A stretch of 64,000 bases of DNA from a bacterium (GTDB taxonomy: Bacteria > UBA8248), in assembly GCA_965213625.1 (NCBI GenBank), contig CBDBZU010000004.1, positions 864,001 through 928,000 on the forward strand. The letters run 5' to 3'. The first letter of the stretch is position 1; every line of letters starts with the position of its first letter. Positions 19,149 to 29,721 of this stretch are shown piece after piece. The translations under genes were made by a program, and so were the position numbers. The notes below the pieces were generated by a model, which was given only the letters and a program-made list of their open reading frames with translations, had not been told where the DNA came from and did not search any database.

Positions 19149-20521
19149 CATCCCCAAGGCGCTATGACTACACAAAAGGCCCCATCGGTTTCGGGCTGTT
19201 TCGCCTGGCCGTACCCTCATGCCTGGAGCCGATAGCCTGGAACGCCGACATACTGGTCGAAATCTTCTGGGTGGGGCGTTTGGGGCCCGAATATCTGGCT
19301 GCGGTGTCGTTGAGCTTTATGATCATCTTCTTTTTTCGTGCGATTGGTTTCGGCATCAGAATCGCGGGCAGCGCTTTGGTGGCTCAGAGAATCGGAGCGA
19401 AAGAACCTGAACACGCAAGTCACGCAGCTGGCCAGGCGTTTTTGCTGGCGAGCATCTATTACGTCGCCATCAGCATTCTAGGGTATTTGCTGTCAACGTC
19501 TTTGCTAGGTCTTTTAACTTCTGACGCTAAAGTGTTGCGAGTAGGTGTCGGGTATTTACAGGCATCTTTTCTCACCATCGCGTTCGTAGATGGCATTTTT
19601 ACGGTTTCGCATAAATTGAAATCGGCCGGAGAACCTGGAAAGTCCTTGATTGGGCTTGGAATTTCGACGCTCATGTCCATAACGTTCATTCCTCTACTGA
19701 TTTTTGGTCTGGGGCCGTTCACGGGATTCGGACTTCCGGGCTCAGCAATCGGCATCGGAATGGGACGTATTATAGGAATTGCTGTCGTTCTGTGGATTTT
19801 GACATCAGGACGTTCTCGCCTCCGTATCCGGTGGATTCATCTCAAGCCCCATGCGCAAACCATGCGCCGCATCATTTCTTTGGGTTGGCCCGCTGCGGCG
19901 CAAAATTTGCTTGAGCGCGGCGCCCTTCTCATTTTGCTGAAGATTCTGGCGTTGTTTGGGCCGGTGGTGTTAGCTGCATGGGCGATTGGGAATCGGCTCG
20001 GGACGTTTTCGCGATTACCCGGTTTTGGGATTCAGTCTGCCGTCCGGACGATGGTGGGTCAAAACATAGGCGCCGACCGACCGGATCGGGCGCTAAAAAG
20101 CGTCTATCTCGCTACGGCCGGCTTGTTTGTCTTGATGTGTGGCGTGACTATTCTTTTGTATTTTTATGCAAGGGAAATTGTCTTGATCTTTGGTATGAAA
20201 AACGAAGGAATCGACGTTGGCGTCATTTGTGTTCGCATTCTCACAATCGGCACATTGTTTGAAGCTATCCGGCGAATGTTGGCGGGCGCCTTTCAGGGGG
20301 CTGCAAACACGAAACCGCCGATGGTTGTCGAAGCATTTGTCCGGTGGGGTTTTCAGATTCCACTTGCGTATTTTGCCGCTATGCCGTTGGGGTTCGAAGC
20401 TGCCGGTGTATGGGGGGCTATGACGATAAGCCATTTAATGGGTTGCGCATGCCTTTTGGTTTGGTTCTTGGTTTGGAGCAGACGAAGAGGAATAGGCTCA
20501 CATGCGGAAGCAAGATATTGA
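19145..20521 (+). CDS. MATE family efflux transporter (tandem paralog)
   Basis: Same motifs as the upstream gene; ATGA coupling. Confidence 0.92.
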   Translation: MTSPRRYDYTKGPIGFGLFRLAVPSCLEPIAWNADILVEIFWVGRLGPEYLAAVSLSFMIIFFFRAIGFGIRIAGSALVAQRIGAKEPEHASHAAGQAFLLASIYYVAISILGYLLSTSLLGLLTSDAKVLRVGVGYLQASFLTIAFVDGIFTVSHKLKSAGEPGKSLIGLGISTLMSITFIPLLIFGLGPFTGFGLPGSAIGIGMGRIIGIAVVLWILTSGRSRLRIRWIHLKPHAQTMRRIISLGWPAAAQNLLERGALLILLKILALFGPVVLAAWAIGNRLGTFSRLPGFGIQSAVRTMVGQNIGADRPDRALKSVYLATAGLFVLMCGVTILLYFYAREIVLIFGMKNEGIDVGVICVRILTIGTLFEAIRRMLAGAFQGAANTKPPMVVEAFVRWGFQIPLAYFAAMPLGFEAAGVWGAMTISHLMGCACLLVWFLVWSRRRGIGSHAEARY

Positions 20522-20718
20522 TGATATTTAAAACGACCATTGCGTGGAGTGCCGCGCACAACGAAAAGCGAGGGTGGATGAGACGATGGCTATAGCGAGT
20601 CACGTTCGCCTGGGGCGGAAAACCAGTAGTATATGTATATTGAGTGAGACGGTTTGATATTGAACTTATTTTCACTTTGAGGCCAGCCGGCGAAGAGCAC
20701 GTTGAAAGCGAGAGAATC

Positions 20719-23082
20719 ATGAGCCGCAAAATAGGTTGTCTTTATTTCATTTTGTTGATTTCGCTTGTTCTCTCCACCCTAGCATATACGGCGGATGTTG
20801 CCTCAAGCGAAACGACAGAAACAAAAGACTGGTCGATCGTGTTGCAAGATGCGACCCGATATCTTCAAGGTGAGGGAAAGACCCCGGCCCTTACTCAAGG
20901 ATATTTGTCCTTGGTGCGGCAAATCCGCTCACGAGCGGATGATGTAAAATCAGGACTTCAACAAGAACTCCAGCAATCTGAAAAGTTACTCGAAGCTATT
21001 GGTCCTTTGCCAGCAAAGGACAGCCCGCCAGAAGCAAGAGAGATCGCCGATAAAAGAGAACGATACAATCGTCAAATCACTGCAGCCCGAGCGCGCATCG
21101 CTGAGGCTGACCTGGCCATTGTTCGTGCTGCGGATTTGGAAGAATCCTTCTCCCGGGAGAGGTACGAGCGACTTTTTGGGGAGATTTACCGTCGTACGCC
21201 GATACCCATCTCTCCCAGCGTAGTGGCAAAGGGTGTTCCAGAAATTGCAGTTGAATTTCGACGTATTCTTCTTTCTCCATGGGATTGGCTCGAAAAACGG
21301 TCGCTTGGTGTTAGTACTGTTTTATTGCCGGGAATGTTGATTTTAATTCTAGGCGCGGGCTTGGGGTGGGGAATACGGCGGAGCGTTTTGAACCTGCTTG
21401 GCCGCGCTCCCGGAATTTTGGAACCCTCATTTGTGCGTCGGTTTGGCGCCGCCGCCGTAGAAGGTTTTGGCAACAGTATTTTGACGGGAGCGGTTTTAGC
21501 CGCTTTTTATTTATGGGTGACCCGACCGGGCGCTTTGGTAAGTGGTCTCTTTGGAGAAGCGCTCACGTCTTTCCTTTTATCCATGTTGTTCTTTTGTTTG
21601 GTTGTTGCGTTTGCGAGGTCTTTTATCTCTCCGAATCGGCCGACATGGCGACTCACGGGGCAATCTTCAGAAAATGCGCAAAGCGCTTATCGTTTGATTT
21701 TTTTGCTGGCGGCTGTTTTTTCTGCCGACATGTTTTTCTCGTACCTCGAGGGTGAAGTGGTGAGGTCGGCAGAGACAATGGCCATCTACGCTGCGGTGTT
21801 CGGGACTTTGGAGGGTTGTTTTTTCGTCAAGCTCGGCCGGGCGGAACTCTGGCGAGCCGAAGCGGCTCAAGATGGCGAAATCCAGCAGGATGGACAGGCG
21901 TGGAGATTGATTCGTCACACGGCAAGAGTGCTTGCTGTAATCGGTATTGCAGCATTGTTTGTTGGATATGGCGCATTAGGCAAGCGCCTTCTCACCAACC
22001 TTATTTGGACGGGCCTTCTACTCTGGATAGTGGTCCTATTGCGTGGATTGATGCGCGAACTTGTATCCTGGTCGACAAAATCCGAGTCTGTCCAAGACAA
22101 ACTCCACATTCCATCGCGCGTGATCGAGAGGTTTGGTACCTGGGGACGAGTTGTTGTCGATCCTGTCGTTTTCCTTTGCGGCATCCTCATTATTGTGCCT
22201 GTTTGGGGAGTGCCGCCGGATGATCTGATTCGCTGGACGCTACGAGCCCTGTCCGGGTTCCAGGTGGGCAGCATTCGTATCTCTATCATCGATATTTTTA
22301 TGGCCATTGCCGTGTTCTTCCTCGCCATGGCCGGAGCAAGGTTCCTGCAAAGGCAGTTGTCAGAGCGTTTGCTGGAGCAGACGAATTTACCTACGGGCAT
22401 TCGCCATTCCCTGAACGCAGGGTTCGGTTATGCGGGTGTAATCGTTGCGGCGTTATTGAGTATTTCGGTGACGGGAATCGATCTATCGAACCTTGCGCTG
22501 GTTGTCAGTGCCCTCTCGGTGGGGATCGGTTTTGGACTGCAAAATGTGGTGAACAACTTTATTTCGGGATTGATACTTTTAGTTGAAAGGCCTATCAAAG
22601 TTGGCGATTGGGTGCGCGTAGGCAGTGATGAGGGAATTGTAAAGAGAATACAGTTTCGCGCGACTGAACTCGAAACCTGGCAGCGTGCTTCGGTGATTAT
22701 TCCAAACGCGGAGATTATTTCGACATCAGTTACCAACCTGACGCATCGAGATCAGTATGGTCGAGTAGAAGTCAGGGTTGGTGTGGCGTATGGCTCTGAT
22801 GTGTCGAAAGTTCGAGAGATTTTGTTGGATGTCGCCGAGAAGAATGAACAGGTAAGTCGACAGCCCGCACCTGCCGTCGTCTTTCGTGATTTTGGCGACA
22901 GCAGCCTGGATTTCGAGTTGCGGTGCTTTACTTCGAATGTGATGAGCCGACTGGGGGTCGCGAGTGATTTGAGGTTTGAGATTGAACGTCGGCTTCGAGA
23001 AGAGGGTATCGAAATACCCTTCCCGCAAAGAGTCGTTCACCTCATGAACCCACATTCAAGCGAACGTGAAAAAGAATCCTAA
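20719..23082 (+). CDS. Large MscS-family mechanosensitive channel
   Basis: ALSVGIGFGLQNVVNNFISGLILLVERPIKVGDWV, IPN, VGVAYGSD, FGDSSLDF, IEIPFPQR; signal peptide from MSRKIG. Confidence 0.93.
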   Translation: MSRKIGCLYFILLISLVLSTLAYTADVASSETTETKDWSIVLQDATRYLQGEGKTPALTQGYLSLVRQIRSRADDVKSGLQQELQQSEKLLEAIGPLPAKDSPPEAREIADKRERYNRQITAARARIAEADLAIVRAADLEESFSRERYERLFGEIYRRTPIPISPSVVAKGVPEIAVEFRRILLSPWDWLEKRSLGVSTVLLPGMLILILGAGLGWGIRRSVLNLLGRAPGILEPSFVRRFGAAAVEGFGNSILTGAVLAAFYLWVTRPGALVSGLFGEALTSFLLSMLFFCLVVAFARSFISPNRPTWRLTGQSSENAQSAYRLIFLLAAVFSADMFFSYLEGEVVRSAETMAIYAAVFGTLEGCFFVKLGRAELWRAEAAQDGEIQQDGQAWRLIRHTARVLAVIGIAALFVGYGALGKRLLTNLIWTGLLLWIVVLLRGLMRELVSWSTKSESVQDKLHIPSRVIERFGTWGRVVVDPVVFLCGILIIVPVWGVPPDDLIRWTLRALSGFQVGSIRISIIDIFMAIAVFFLAMAGARFLQRQLSERLLEQTNLPTGIRHSLNAGFGYAGVIVAALLSISVTGIDLSNLALVVSALSVGIGFGLQNVVNNFISGLILLVERPIKVGDWVRVGSDEGIVKRIQFRATELETWQRASVIIPNAEIISTSVTNLTHRDQYGRVEVRVGVAYGSDVSKVREILLDVAEKNEQVSRQPAPAVVFRDFGDSSLDFELRCFTSNVMSRLGVASDLRFEIERRLREEGIEIPFPQRVVHLMNPHSSEREKES

Positions 23083-23084
23083 GG

Positions 23085-24101
23085 TTACTTGTACGTGTAG
23101 GGTTTGGGCTCCGGCTTCTGGCCGATCTTGTTTCTCATGACGCCCAGCGGCCCCATGTCAATTTCCACGATATCCCCTGGCTGAATCCAACGGTCAATTT
23201 CCATACCGCACCCCCCAGGAACAGTGCCGGACCCCATCAGATCTCCCGTGAGGAGATTCTCGTCCCTCGCGGTGTAGGCGATTATTTGAGAGAAAGTCCA
23301 GTACATCTCTCCAGGAGTGGTTTCCACCCACGTTTCTCCATTGACTCTCGCGGCCATGGGAATGTTTTTGGGATCGCCGACCTCATCGGGTGTAGCTATC
23401 CAGGGACCAAAACTCCAGCACCAGTCCTTGCTTTTGTAGGGACCGGTTCCCATTGCCATTTCGCCCCCTTGCGCGTCCCGGGCGCTCCAGTCGTTTAATA
23501 TCGCGTAACCAAAGATATGTTCATGTGCATCACCTTCTGAAATATCCCGTCCCGGAACACCGACCACACAGCAGAATTCAAGCTCGAAATCCATTTTTTC
23601 CGTAAAGCTGGGCCAGGGGACTTCCTCCTCAGGTCCGGCCATGTGAGCGCAACTCGCTTTGAAGGCGAGGGGACGCTCGTACCAGGTTTTGGGGATTTCA
23701 AGGTTCATCACCTCAAATGTTTTCTTGAGATGACGCTCGAACCCGGCAAAACCTCGAATTAGCGGGGGTTGTTTGATGGGTGCGAGTAGCTGGGCTTCAC
23801 TTGGGGAATATAGGATTTGCTCCCCGCGAGGACCGGTGGCGTCTTCGTTCTCGATGGCATATTCGAGAGCTTCTTCCGCGGCTTCGATGCCACCTTTGCC
23901 AGATGCCGCGATGGCCAGCATGTCGGATGGAATGAGAGCGTCCGCCATGGCTTGGGGTCTTGAGGAGCCACGCTGTTTGAACTCTGCCGCTGCAGCGAAA
24001 TTAAGATCGACATATCGGAGGTCATCACCTTCGGTTACAGCGGCGCCCAAACGCTCAAATGGGCCAACAGGTGTTCGCACTTCAAAGGTGCAAAATTTCA
24101 T
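23085..24101 (-). CDS. Fumarylacetoacetate hydrolase family protein
   Basis: FERH, DFELE, FGYAILNDWSARD, SKD, GPWI, GSGT. Confidence 0.92.
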   Translation of the reverse strand: MKFCTFEVRTPVGPFERLGAAVTEGDDLRYVDLNFAAAAEFKQRGSSRPQAMADALIPSDMLAIAASGKGGIEAAEEALEYAIENEDATGPRGEQILYSPSEAQLLAPIKQPPLIRGFAGFERHLKKTFEVMNLEIPKTWYERPLAFKASCAHMAGPEEEVPWPSFTEKMDFELEFCCVVGVPGRDISEGDAHEHIFGYAILNDWSARDAQGGEMAMGTGPYKSKDWCWSFGPWIATPDEVGDPKNIPMAARVNGETWVETTPGEMYWTFSQIIAYTARDENLLTGDLMGSGTVPGGCGMEIDRWIQPGDIVEIDMGPLGVMRNKIGQKPEPKPYTYK

Positions 24102-24148
24102 GGCTTCTCTCCGGGATGGCTAATGGATGGTGTCCTTATCTTTTTTCT

Positions 24149-24673
24149 TTATTTTAAATCAACTTTGTCCCGCTCGTCCGTCTCAGGGAAAGGACCTTCC
24201 TTGATTTCGATTACCTTTGAATCATCTTCCAAGAATTCAACTTCATGCCCTTCATACATCAGTATGAGATCGTCGCGATGCAAAATCGCATCGCCCAAGC
24301 TTTCCCCCTCTTTGGTAAACACGCCGACTCGAACCTTTCCGCGCTGGCACAGAAGAATCTGGTGCCGCGTGATATTCGTAGTTCTCTCTTCCACCACATG
24401 ATAATGCGCTTTGGTTATAGCGCCTTTGGGTCTGTTCAATACAATGATTTGCAGGGGTATTTCGTCATCTGTCATGTGAGCTTTGGTGTTGCGTTCCGCT
24501 TCGATGTCCTGGCCGGCATATGCAGTTCGGATGTGTTCTTTCGCTTTATCGGAATCCAGATAAGGAGGAAACTTGGCGTAATCGTTAAAATCTCCTTTGA
24601 TGTGGATGGCAATGATGCGCCCATCAGAAGCTTTGTAGTAATCCACGCTTTTGGAATCGACTTCTAAAGACAT
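24149..24673 (-). CDS. Cupin-like conserved hypothetical protein
   Basis: AHYH, RHQIL...GKVRV, GHEVEFLEDD...EIKEGPF. Confidence 0.7.
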   Translation of the reverse strand: MSLEVDSKSVDYYKASDGRIIAIHIKGDFNDYAKFPPYLDSDKAKEHIRTAYAGQDIEAERNTKAHMTDDEIPLQIIVLNRPKGAITKAHYHVVEERTTNITRHQILLCQRGKVRVGVFTKEGESLGDAILHRDDLILMYEGHEVEFLEDDSKVIEIKEGPFPETDERDKVDLK

Positions 24674-24748
24674 AATTCTCCTCGGGAGTAATTACTATCA
24701 AAGAAACAGCATTCCAGCACTTATTGGTGAAAATGGTTTTCAAGAATA

Positions 24749-25633
24749 TCACAATTCCACTTTTGTGATCTTCATGTGAAAGTCAAGCGGAGGGGCGGAT
24801 CGGACGAGCGAGCTCGTGGAGATATAATCCACCCCGGTCTCTGCGATGCCCCTGATGTCGACTCCTGAGATGCCGGAGGCCTCTAGCTCAAAGGTTTTTT
24901 GCGTTTTTAATGCAATGCCGACTTTCCGGGTACGGGCAACGGCTTTTTGGAGTGTTTCGATGTCCATGTTATCGAGCAGAATCATATGTACTCTTCCGTC
25001 TTCGATGACTTCTTCCAGTTGGGCCAGGTTCTGCACTTCGATTTGAGTATCCGTCATGTATCGGATGCCGAATTGTCTGTCGATGGCGGTGGTGATAGAG
25101 CCGGCGGCAACGATGTCGTTGTCCTTTATCATCTCCCCATCAAAAAAACCGAGGCGGTGATTCTGCCCACCTCCTGCGCGAACTGCGTATTTTTCAAAAT
25201 AACGCAAGCCTGGCCGGTTCTTCCTCGTATCAATGATGCCCTTGAGGGTTTCTGGAAAGTGCCCGAAACGAGCCAATGTATTTGCCGTGTGCGTGGCGAT
25301 TTCAGAAATATGCGAAAGAAGATTGAGCGCAGTGCGTTCCGCCTTCAAAATGGTCTGGGTATGGCCGGAAACGTGCGCCAAAAGTTCGCCCTTGCAAATT
25401 CCGGCACCTTCGTCTTTTTGCCAGTTGATTTCGGGTGGACTGCTGTTCCCGAGAGCCAAAAGATTTTGAGTTTCCTCCAGGATGAGCAGGAAAAAAGGAG
25501 AACCAGCGAGAATGGCATCGCTTTTTGTGCGCAACTCCGCCCCGCACAAGGGGTCTTTTTCAGCGTTGTACTGGAGGGGAGCGCCCCCAAAATCCTCTAG
25601 GAGCCAATCGCGGATTATAGAGCGGATATCCAT
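24749..25633 (-). CDS. nadC: Nicotinate-nucleotide diphosphorylase (carboxylating)
   Basis: ERTALN, DTRK.RPGLR.FEKYAV..GGG.NHR, IKDN, EV, LLDNM, EASG, GVDYIS. Confidence 0.92.
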   Translation of the reverse strand: MDIRSIIRDWLLEDFGGAPLQYNAEKDPLCGAELRTKSDAILAGSPFFLLILEETQNLLALGNSSPPEINWQKDEGAGICKGELLAHVSGHTQTILKAERTALNLLSHISEIATHTANTLARFGHFPETLKGIIDTRKNRPGLRYFEKYAVRAGGGQNHRLGFFDGEMIKDNDIVAAGSITTAIDRQFGIRYMTDTQIEVQNLAQLEEVIEDGRVHMILLDNMDIETLQKAVARTRKVGIALKTQKTFELEASGISGVDIRGIAETGVDYISTSSLVRSAPPLDFHMKITKVEL

Positions 25634-25651
25634 ATCGAGTGATAATTAGAG

Positions 25652-26764
25652 CTACACGATTTCGAGCATACGTTCGATGGGTATTCGTGCGCGTCGCGCC
25701 AGTTCCGGGTCCACGGTAATTTCATGCTTTAGATCGCGCAGGCATTCGTACAGGTTTTGCAGCGTGTTTTGTTTCATGTAGGCGCAAAGGGCTTCACGAC
25801 TTGCAGGAATCAAGGTTTTGTCTGGAACCGCCTTGGACATTGGGTGGAGGTTCCCGACCTCGGTGGCCACGATGACTTCCGAGTGCGGGACTTCCTCTAC
25901 CAACTTGATCATGCCCTGAGTAGATCGGAATTGGAGCATGTCCTCAGGCACGATGCCGTCGTTTACTTGCCGCATACAGGCGCTGGTGCATCCGCACTCG
26001 GGATGAACCACTGTGATGGCCTCGGGGTGAAGTTGTTGCTGCTCCATGACATGGTGCGGGCGAATTCTCTCATGAACATGACACGCACCCATCATGAGAT
26101 GGAGTCGGTCCAAAGAATGTCCTTTACTCTCCAGGAGTTTAGCAGCGTAGAAGCCCAGGAAGACGTCTGGCAGGAACAGAATGGGCTGCTCGGGCCTTGA
26201 GTTTTCTAGAATGTGGAGGGTGACCTTGCCCGCGTTGGCGGAGGCACAACAGTAATCGCTCTCGGCTTTTACTTCGAGATATGTGTTTACATAACTGATG
26301 ACGATCCCGTCTGGATGCTCTTTTTTCCAATCTCGAATTTTATCGACATCAGCATGAGCGGCCAGAGAACAGAGCGCCTTCAGGCTGGGGGCCAAAACTG
26401 TTTGGTGGGGTTTTTTGAGAGCTGCCAAAATTTGATTCATGAACAAGACGGATGGCTCGACAAGATAATCTGCATCCGAGGCCGCGCCTTGTTGGGCCAA
26501 GTACAATGAATCTCCGATGACATCGCATACGTCCTGTATATCTTTGGGCACATAATTATGCGCCAGGACAAGAGCGTTTCTTTCTTTCTTAAGACGCCGG
26601 ATCTCACCTTGCAGGAATTCTCTTTCCTCTTCCGTAATGTTTTCGGGATGAGCGCCTTCTGGGATTTCGGGAACATCAATAGAAGGTCCGAGGTCTGCTT
26701 GATCCATCAAAGCGATGGCATCTTTTGCAGGAAGGATGTCACCGGCTTCAATATCTATAATCAT
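25652..26764 (-). CDS. nadA: Quinolinate synthase
   Basis: LAHNY, GDS, CSLA, YVNT, PD..LG, CHVH, HPEC, ST, TE, C.YMK; start approximate. Confidence 0.93.
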   Translation of the reverse strand: MIIDIEAGDILPAKDAIALMDQADLGPSIDVPEIPEGAHPENITEEEREFLQGEIRRLKKERNALVLAHNYVPKDIQDVCDVIGDSLYLAQQGAASDADYLVEPSVLFMNQILAALKKPHQTVLAPSLKALCSLAAHADVDKIRDWKKEHPDGIVISYVNTYLEVKAESDYCCASANAGKVTLHILENSRPEQPILFLPDVFLGFYAAKLLESKGHSLDRLHLMMGACHVHERIRPHHVMEQQQLHPEAITVVHPECGCTSACMRQVNDGIVPEDMLQFRSTQGMIKLVEEVPHSEVIVATEVGNLHPMSKAVPDKTLIPASREALCAYMKQNTLQNLYECLRDLKHEITVDPELARRARIPIERMLEIV

Positions 26765-27114
26765 TTGATACTCCACTTATTTGAACGTCGTAAAGAAACG
26801 CTATTTGTAATCAGAAAAGTTGCCTTCTTTGCTTGCGCAATAAATCACAAGAGGAGGTAAAAAATAATAAGCCCCATTAAAGCAACAGTTTCTCTCCTGA
26901 CGAATCTAATATGGTATGGGACATGGAATCTCTTACCCCCTTCTTCTCTAATTATTCCAGTCTTACGGATATAAGTAAAATGGAAATATAGAAAAAAATG
27001 ATTTTTCCTTGCCGACGAGTATAGTTTTTGTTAGGTTTTGTTATTGTGATTTCTGTTTTGGGTCATTGAAGATGCAGGGGAAGAGGATCGTCACCCTGTA
27101 AAATGGTTCGAATC

Positions 27115-27147
27115 GCGGGTCGCCGAGCGAGACGACTCGTTTTTTAT
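27115..27147 (+). terminator. Terminator-like hairpin in the nadA / MmgE-PrpD intergenic region
   Basis: gcgggtcg...cgactcgt followed by a T run. Confidence 0.5.
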
Positions 27148-27227
27148 TTGTTTGAGCCTAAATTCAACGTACCCCCATCAACTGTTTTCGTTATTACTCG
27201 AGAAGCTGGGGGTTTGGGGAATCCATC

Positions 27228-27425
27228 ATGACCCGTGGTGTGGTTTGGTTGTTGGGCACATTATTTTTGTCAGGACTTTTTATTTTTGCGCTTTATGGGA
27301 TTTGTTCGAATTCGTTGATTTTTCCAAAATTAACTGGATATTTTTGTCCGAAACCCCGGATGAAATTGATAACTGTTCCACAGAACCCCGCATCCAAAGG
27401 TGTGGAGCAGAAAAAAACTAAATGA
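27228..27425 (+). CDS. Possible small membrane protein
   Basis: 65 aa with one hydrophobic helix, immediately upstream of the MmgE/PrpD gene. Confidence 0.4.
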   Translation: MTRGVVWLLGTLFLSGLFIFALYGICSNSLIFPKLTGYFCPKPRMKLITVPQNPASKGVEQKKTK

Positions 27426-27455
27426 TTGTCAAAGATTTTACAGAAAGGTGAGGTT

Positions 27456-28862
27456 ATGAACGATTCAGATTCTCTCATCACAGATGCTATCGTCGAATTT
27501 GTCTTGGAGACGGAATACGAAGCCATTCCTGAAGATGTACGAGTAATCATGCGTCGCTGTTTCGTGGATGGAATCGGTCTGATGGTTGCAGGTTCCACGG
27601 AAGAAAGTGGCCATATCATCCAAAACTACCTTAAGGAAATCGGAGGAGAGCCCGAGGCGCGGGTAATCGGGACCAGTATGATGGCGCCGGCCCACCTCGC
27701 CGCCTTAGCCAATGGCATCGCAGGCCATGCAATGGATTATGACGATACGCAGTTGAGCAGCTATCCGGATCGCGTGTATGGCTTGTTGACTCACCCCACG
27801 TGTCCAGTGATGCCCGCTGCTCTAGCTCTTGCCGAGGCGCTGGGTGCAACGGGACAAGAATTACTCACCGCATTCGCCTTGGGTTTCGAAGTGGAATGCA
27901 AGGTGGCGGAGGCGATTCGGCCGGATCATTACGTAAAAGGATTTCATTCCACAGGAACGATCGGCGCCATTGGGGCGGCGACTGCAGCGGCAAAATTGAT
28001 GGGATTGAATGAACAACAATTGCGCATGTGTTTCGGAATCGTTTGCTCGGAAAGCGCCGGTCTGCGTGCGAATTTTGGAACGATGACGAAGCCGTACCAC
28101 TGCGGTCGCGCGGCGGAGAATGGCGTCGTAGCGGCGAGACTGGCGTCGGGTGGATACACTTCGGACCCCACGGTTTTTGACGGGCAGTGGGGATTTTTCC
28201 AGATCATGGGTGGCGGCTGCGATAGGGATTATATTGTCGGGAAACTCGGTAACGCCTGGTCGGCAGTGGACCCGGGCGTTTCGATTAAACCCTACCCTTG
28301 CGGTTCCCTTGCGCACCCCGCCATGGATGCGGCCAGGGACCTGATTTTAGAAAACGACATCAAACCCGACCAAGTGAAAGAGTTGCGTTTTGGCACCACC
28401 TCGCGCGTACTGGAGCCATTGCGCTACAAGGAACCACAGAACGAACTGGAGGCGAAATTCTCTTTACAGTTTGGTTTCGGCATCTTGCTGCTTGAGCGCG
28501 CGGCCGGAATCGCTCAATACAAAGACGAAGTCGTAAAACGCCCCGATGTCGTAGAGATGATGAAAAAGATCAATCCTTTCATGGACGATGAAATCGAGGC
28601 TCAGGGTTATGCGCTCATTCGCGGTAAGGTGGCGATAGAACTTGAAGATGGGAAAGTGTACGAGAAAATGTCGGAAATCTCGCGTGGCACCCCTCAACGC
28701 CCCATGGACCGAGAGGAGCTTTACGAAAAATTCACGGAATGCACCAGCTTAGTGTTCGAGAGCGATCAGATCGCCTTGATTGAGGCGATGCTCTATAAAA
28801 TTGATACGCTTGAAAATATCCATGGTCTTATCGATCTCTTGGGCGAGAAAGTAGAAGTCTAA
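27456..28862 (+). CDS. MmgE/PrpD family protein
   Basis: ANG...HAMDYDD, HP, GFHSTG, NFGTMTKP.H.G, IKPYPC...H, EAKFS, G.PQRPM. Confidence 0.93.
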   Translation: MNDSDSLITDAIVEFVLETEYEAIPEDVRVIMRRCFVDGIGLMVAGSTEESGHIIQNYLKEIGGEPEARVIGTSMMAPAHLAALANGIAGHAMDYDDTQLSSYPDRVYGLLTHPTCPVMPAALALAEALGATGQELLTAFALGFEVECKVAEAIRPDHYVKGFHSTGTIGAIGAATAAAKLMGLNEQQLRMCFGIVCSESAGLRANFGTMTKPYHCGRAAENGVVAARLASGGYTSDPTVFDGQWGFFQIMGGGCDRDYIVGKLGNAWSAVDPGVSIKPYPCGSLAHPAMDAARDLILENDIKPDQVKELRFGTTSRVLEPLRYKEPQNELEAKFSLQFGFGILLLERAAGIAQYKDEVVKRPDVVEMMKKINPFMDDEIEAQGYALIRGKVAIELEDGKVYEKMSEISRGTPQRPMDREELYEKFTECTSLVFESDQIALIEAMLYKIDTLENIHGLIDLLGEKVEV

Positions 28863-28924
28863 CGATTTTCCCTCACTGGTTGTGAATTTGATATCCAGGG
28901 GACTGACAGACAAGGGACGAGAAA

Positions 28925-29320
28925 GTGGGTTTTCACCGCTGGGCAGAAATTCCAGAAACTCAAAATCTTCGGAAGGGAACCATGCGCCGAGCAGCTGCGT
29001 TGGATGGGTTGACGATGCAGCGTGGCGAAATAGCTCCCGACACGCTATTCGATGAGAGCACGATTCATCGCCACACCGAAGATCAGTTTATCGTTGTTCT
29101 GGAGGGTAAACTAAAAATGCACATCGATGGGGTTGAGGAGTGGATCGAGACTGGTGGTTTCGCCTCCATCCCGGGCGGTGTGTTCCATAGCGCAACTGGC
29201 GTGGGGCCAGAGGGCGCGAAATACATTGAAGTATTGTCCTCGGGACGCATCGACTACTTACCCGGTTATCTAGGTAAGCCGAAAAACGAATTCTTGCATG
29301 GGAAGAAAGACAGCTCATGA
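28925..29320 (+). CDS. Cupin domain protein
   Basis: HRH.EDQ..VVLEG, IPGGVFHS. Confidence 0.85.
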   Translation: MGFHRWAEIPETQNLRKGTMRRAAALDGLTMQRGEIAPDTLFDESTIHRHTEDQFIVVLEGKLKMHIDGVEEWIETGGFASIPGGVFHSATGVGPEGAKYIEVLSSGRIDYLPGYLGKPKNEFLHGKKDSS

Positions 29321-29721
29321 TGACAAAAGAGGCGAAAAGAATCTTTGTCGTTTGCTCTGATTTGATGTTCTCCGCCGGCATAAGGGAAGCGGGAAAATCC
29401 CAGGGAGTCGCATTGGAGTTTATCGATTCAGTGGAGAAATTTGACGAGGCTCTCGAAAGTTCTTGCGCCGCACTTTTTTTGTCCGATTTGCATCACCATA
29501 AACTAGGTGGCGAAAGAGCGGGTAAGCTCGTCAAAAAGCTTAAAGCCAGTCAAAAAAACAAAGACGCGTTCACAATCGCTTGGGGCAAGCATACCGAGCC
29601 GGAACTACTCAAATCGGCGATGCGAGCGGGTTTTGACAAGGTGGTGCCCCGATCTTTGTTTGTGAAAGAAATGCCAGAAATCATTCGACAAGCGGCAAGT
29701 CGAATTCAAATGAGCGAATGA
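29317..29721 (+). CDS. Atypical CheY-like receiver protein
   Basis: Alpha/beta pattern VVCSDLMF...LSDL...IAWG.H...A..AGFD.VVPRS; canonical acidic pair and Lys absent. Confidence 0.6.
   Translation: MMTKEAKRIFVVCSDLMFSAGIREAGKSQGVALEFIDSVEKFDEALESSCAALFLSDLHHHKLGGERAGKLVKKLKASQKNKDAFTIAWGKHTEPELLKSAMRAGFDKVVPRSLFVKEMPEIIRQAASRIQMSE

Noticed and set aside
27105-27114. GGTTCGAATC as a tRNA T-loop (for example tRNA-Sec)
   Set aside because: I could not build a T-stem, acceptor stem or anticodon arm around it.
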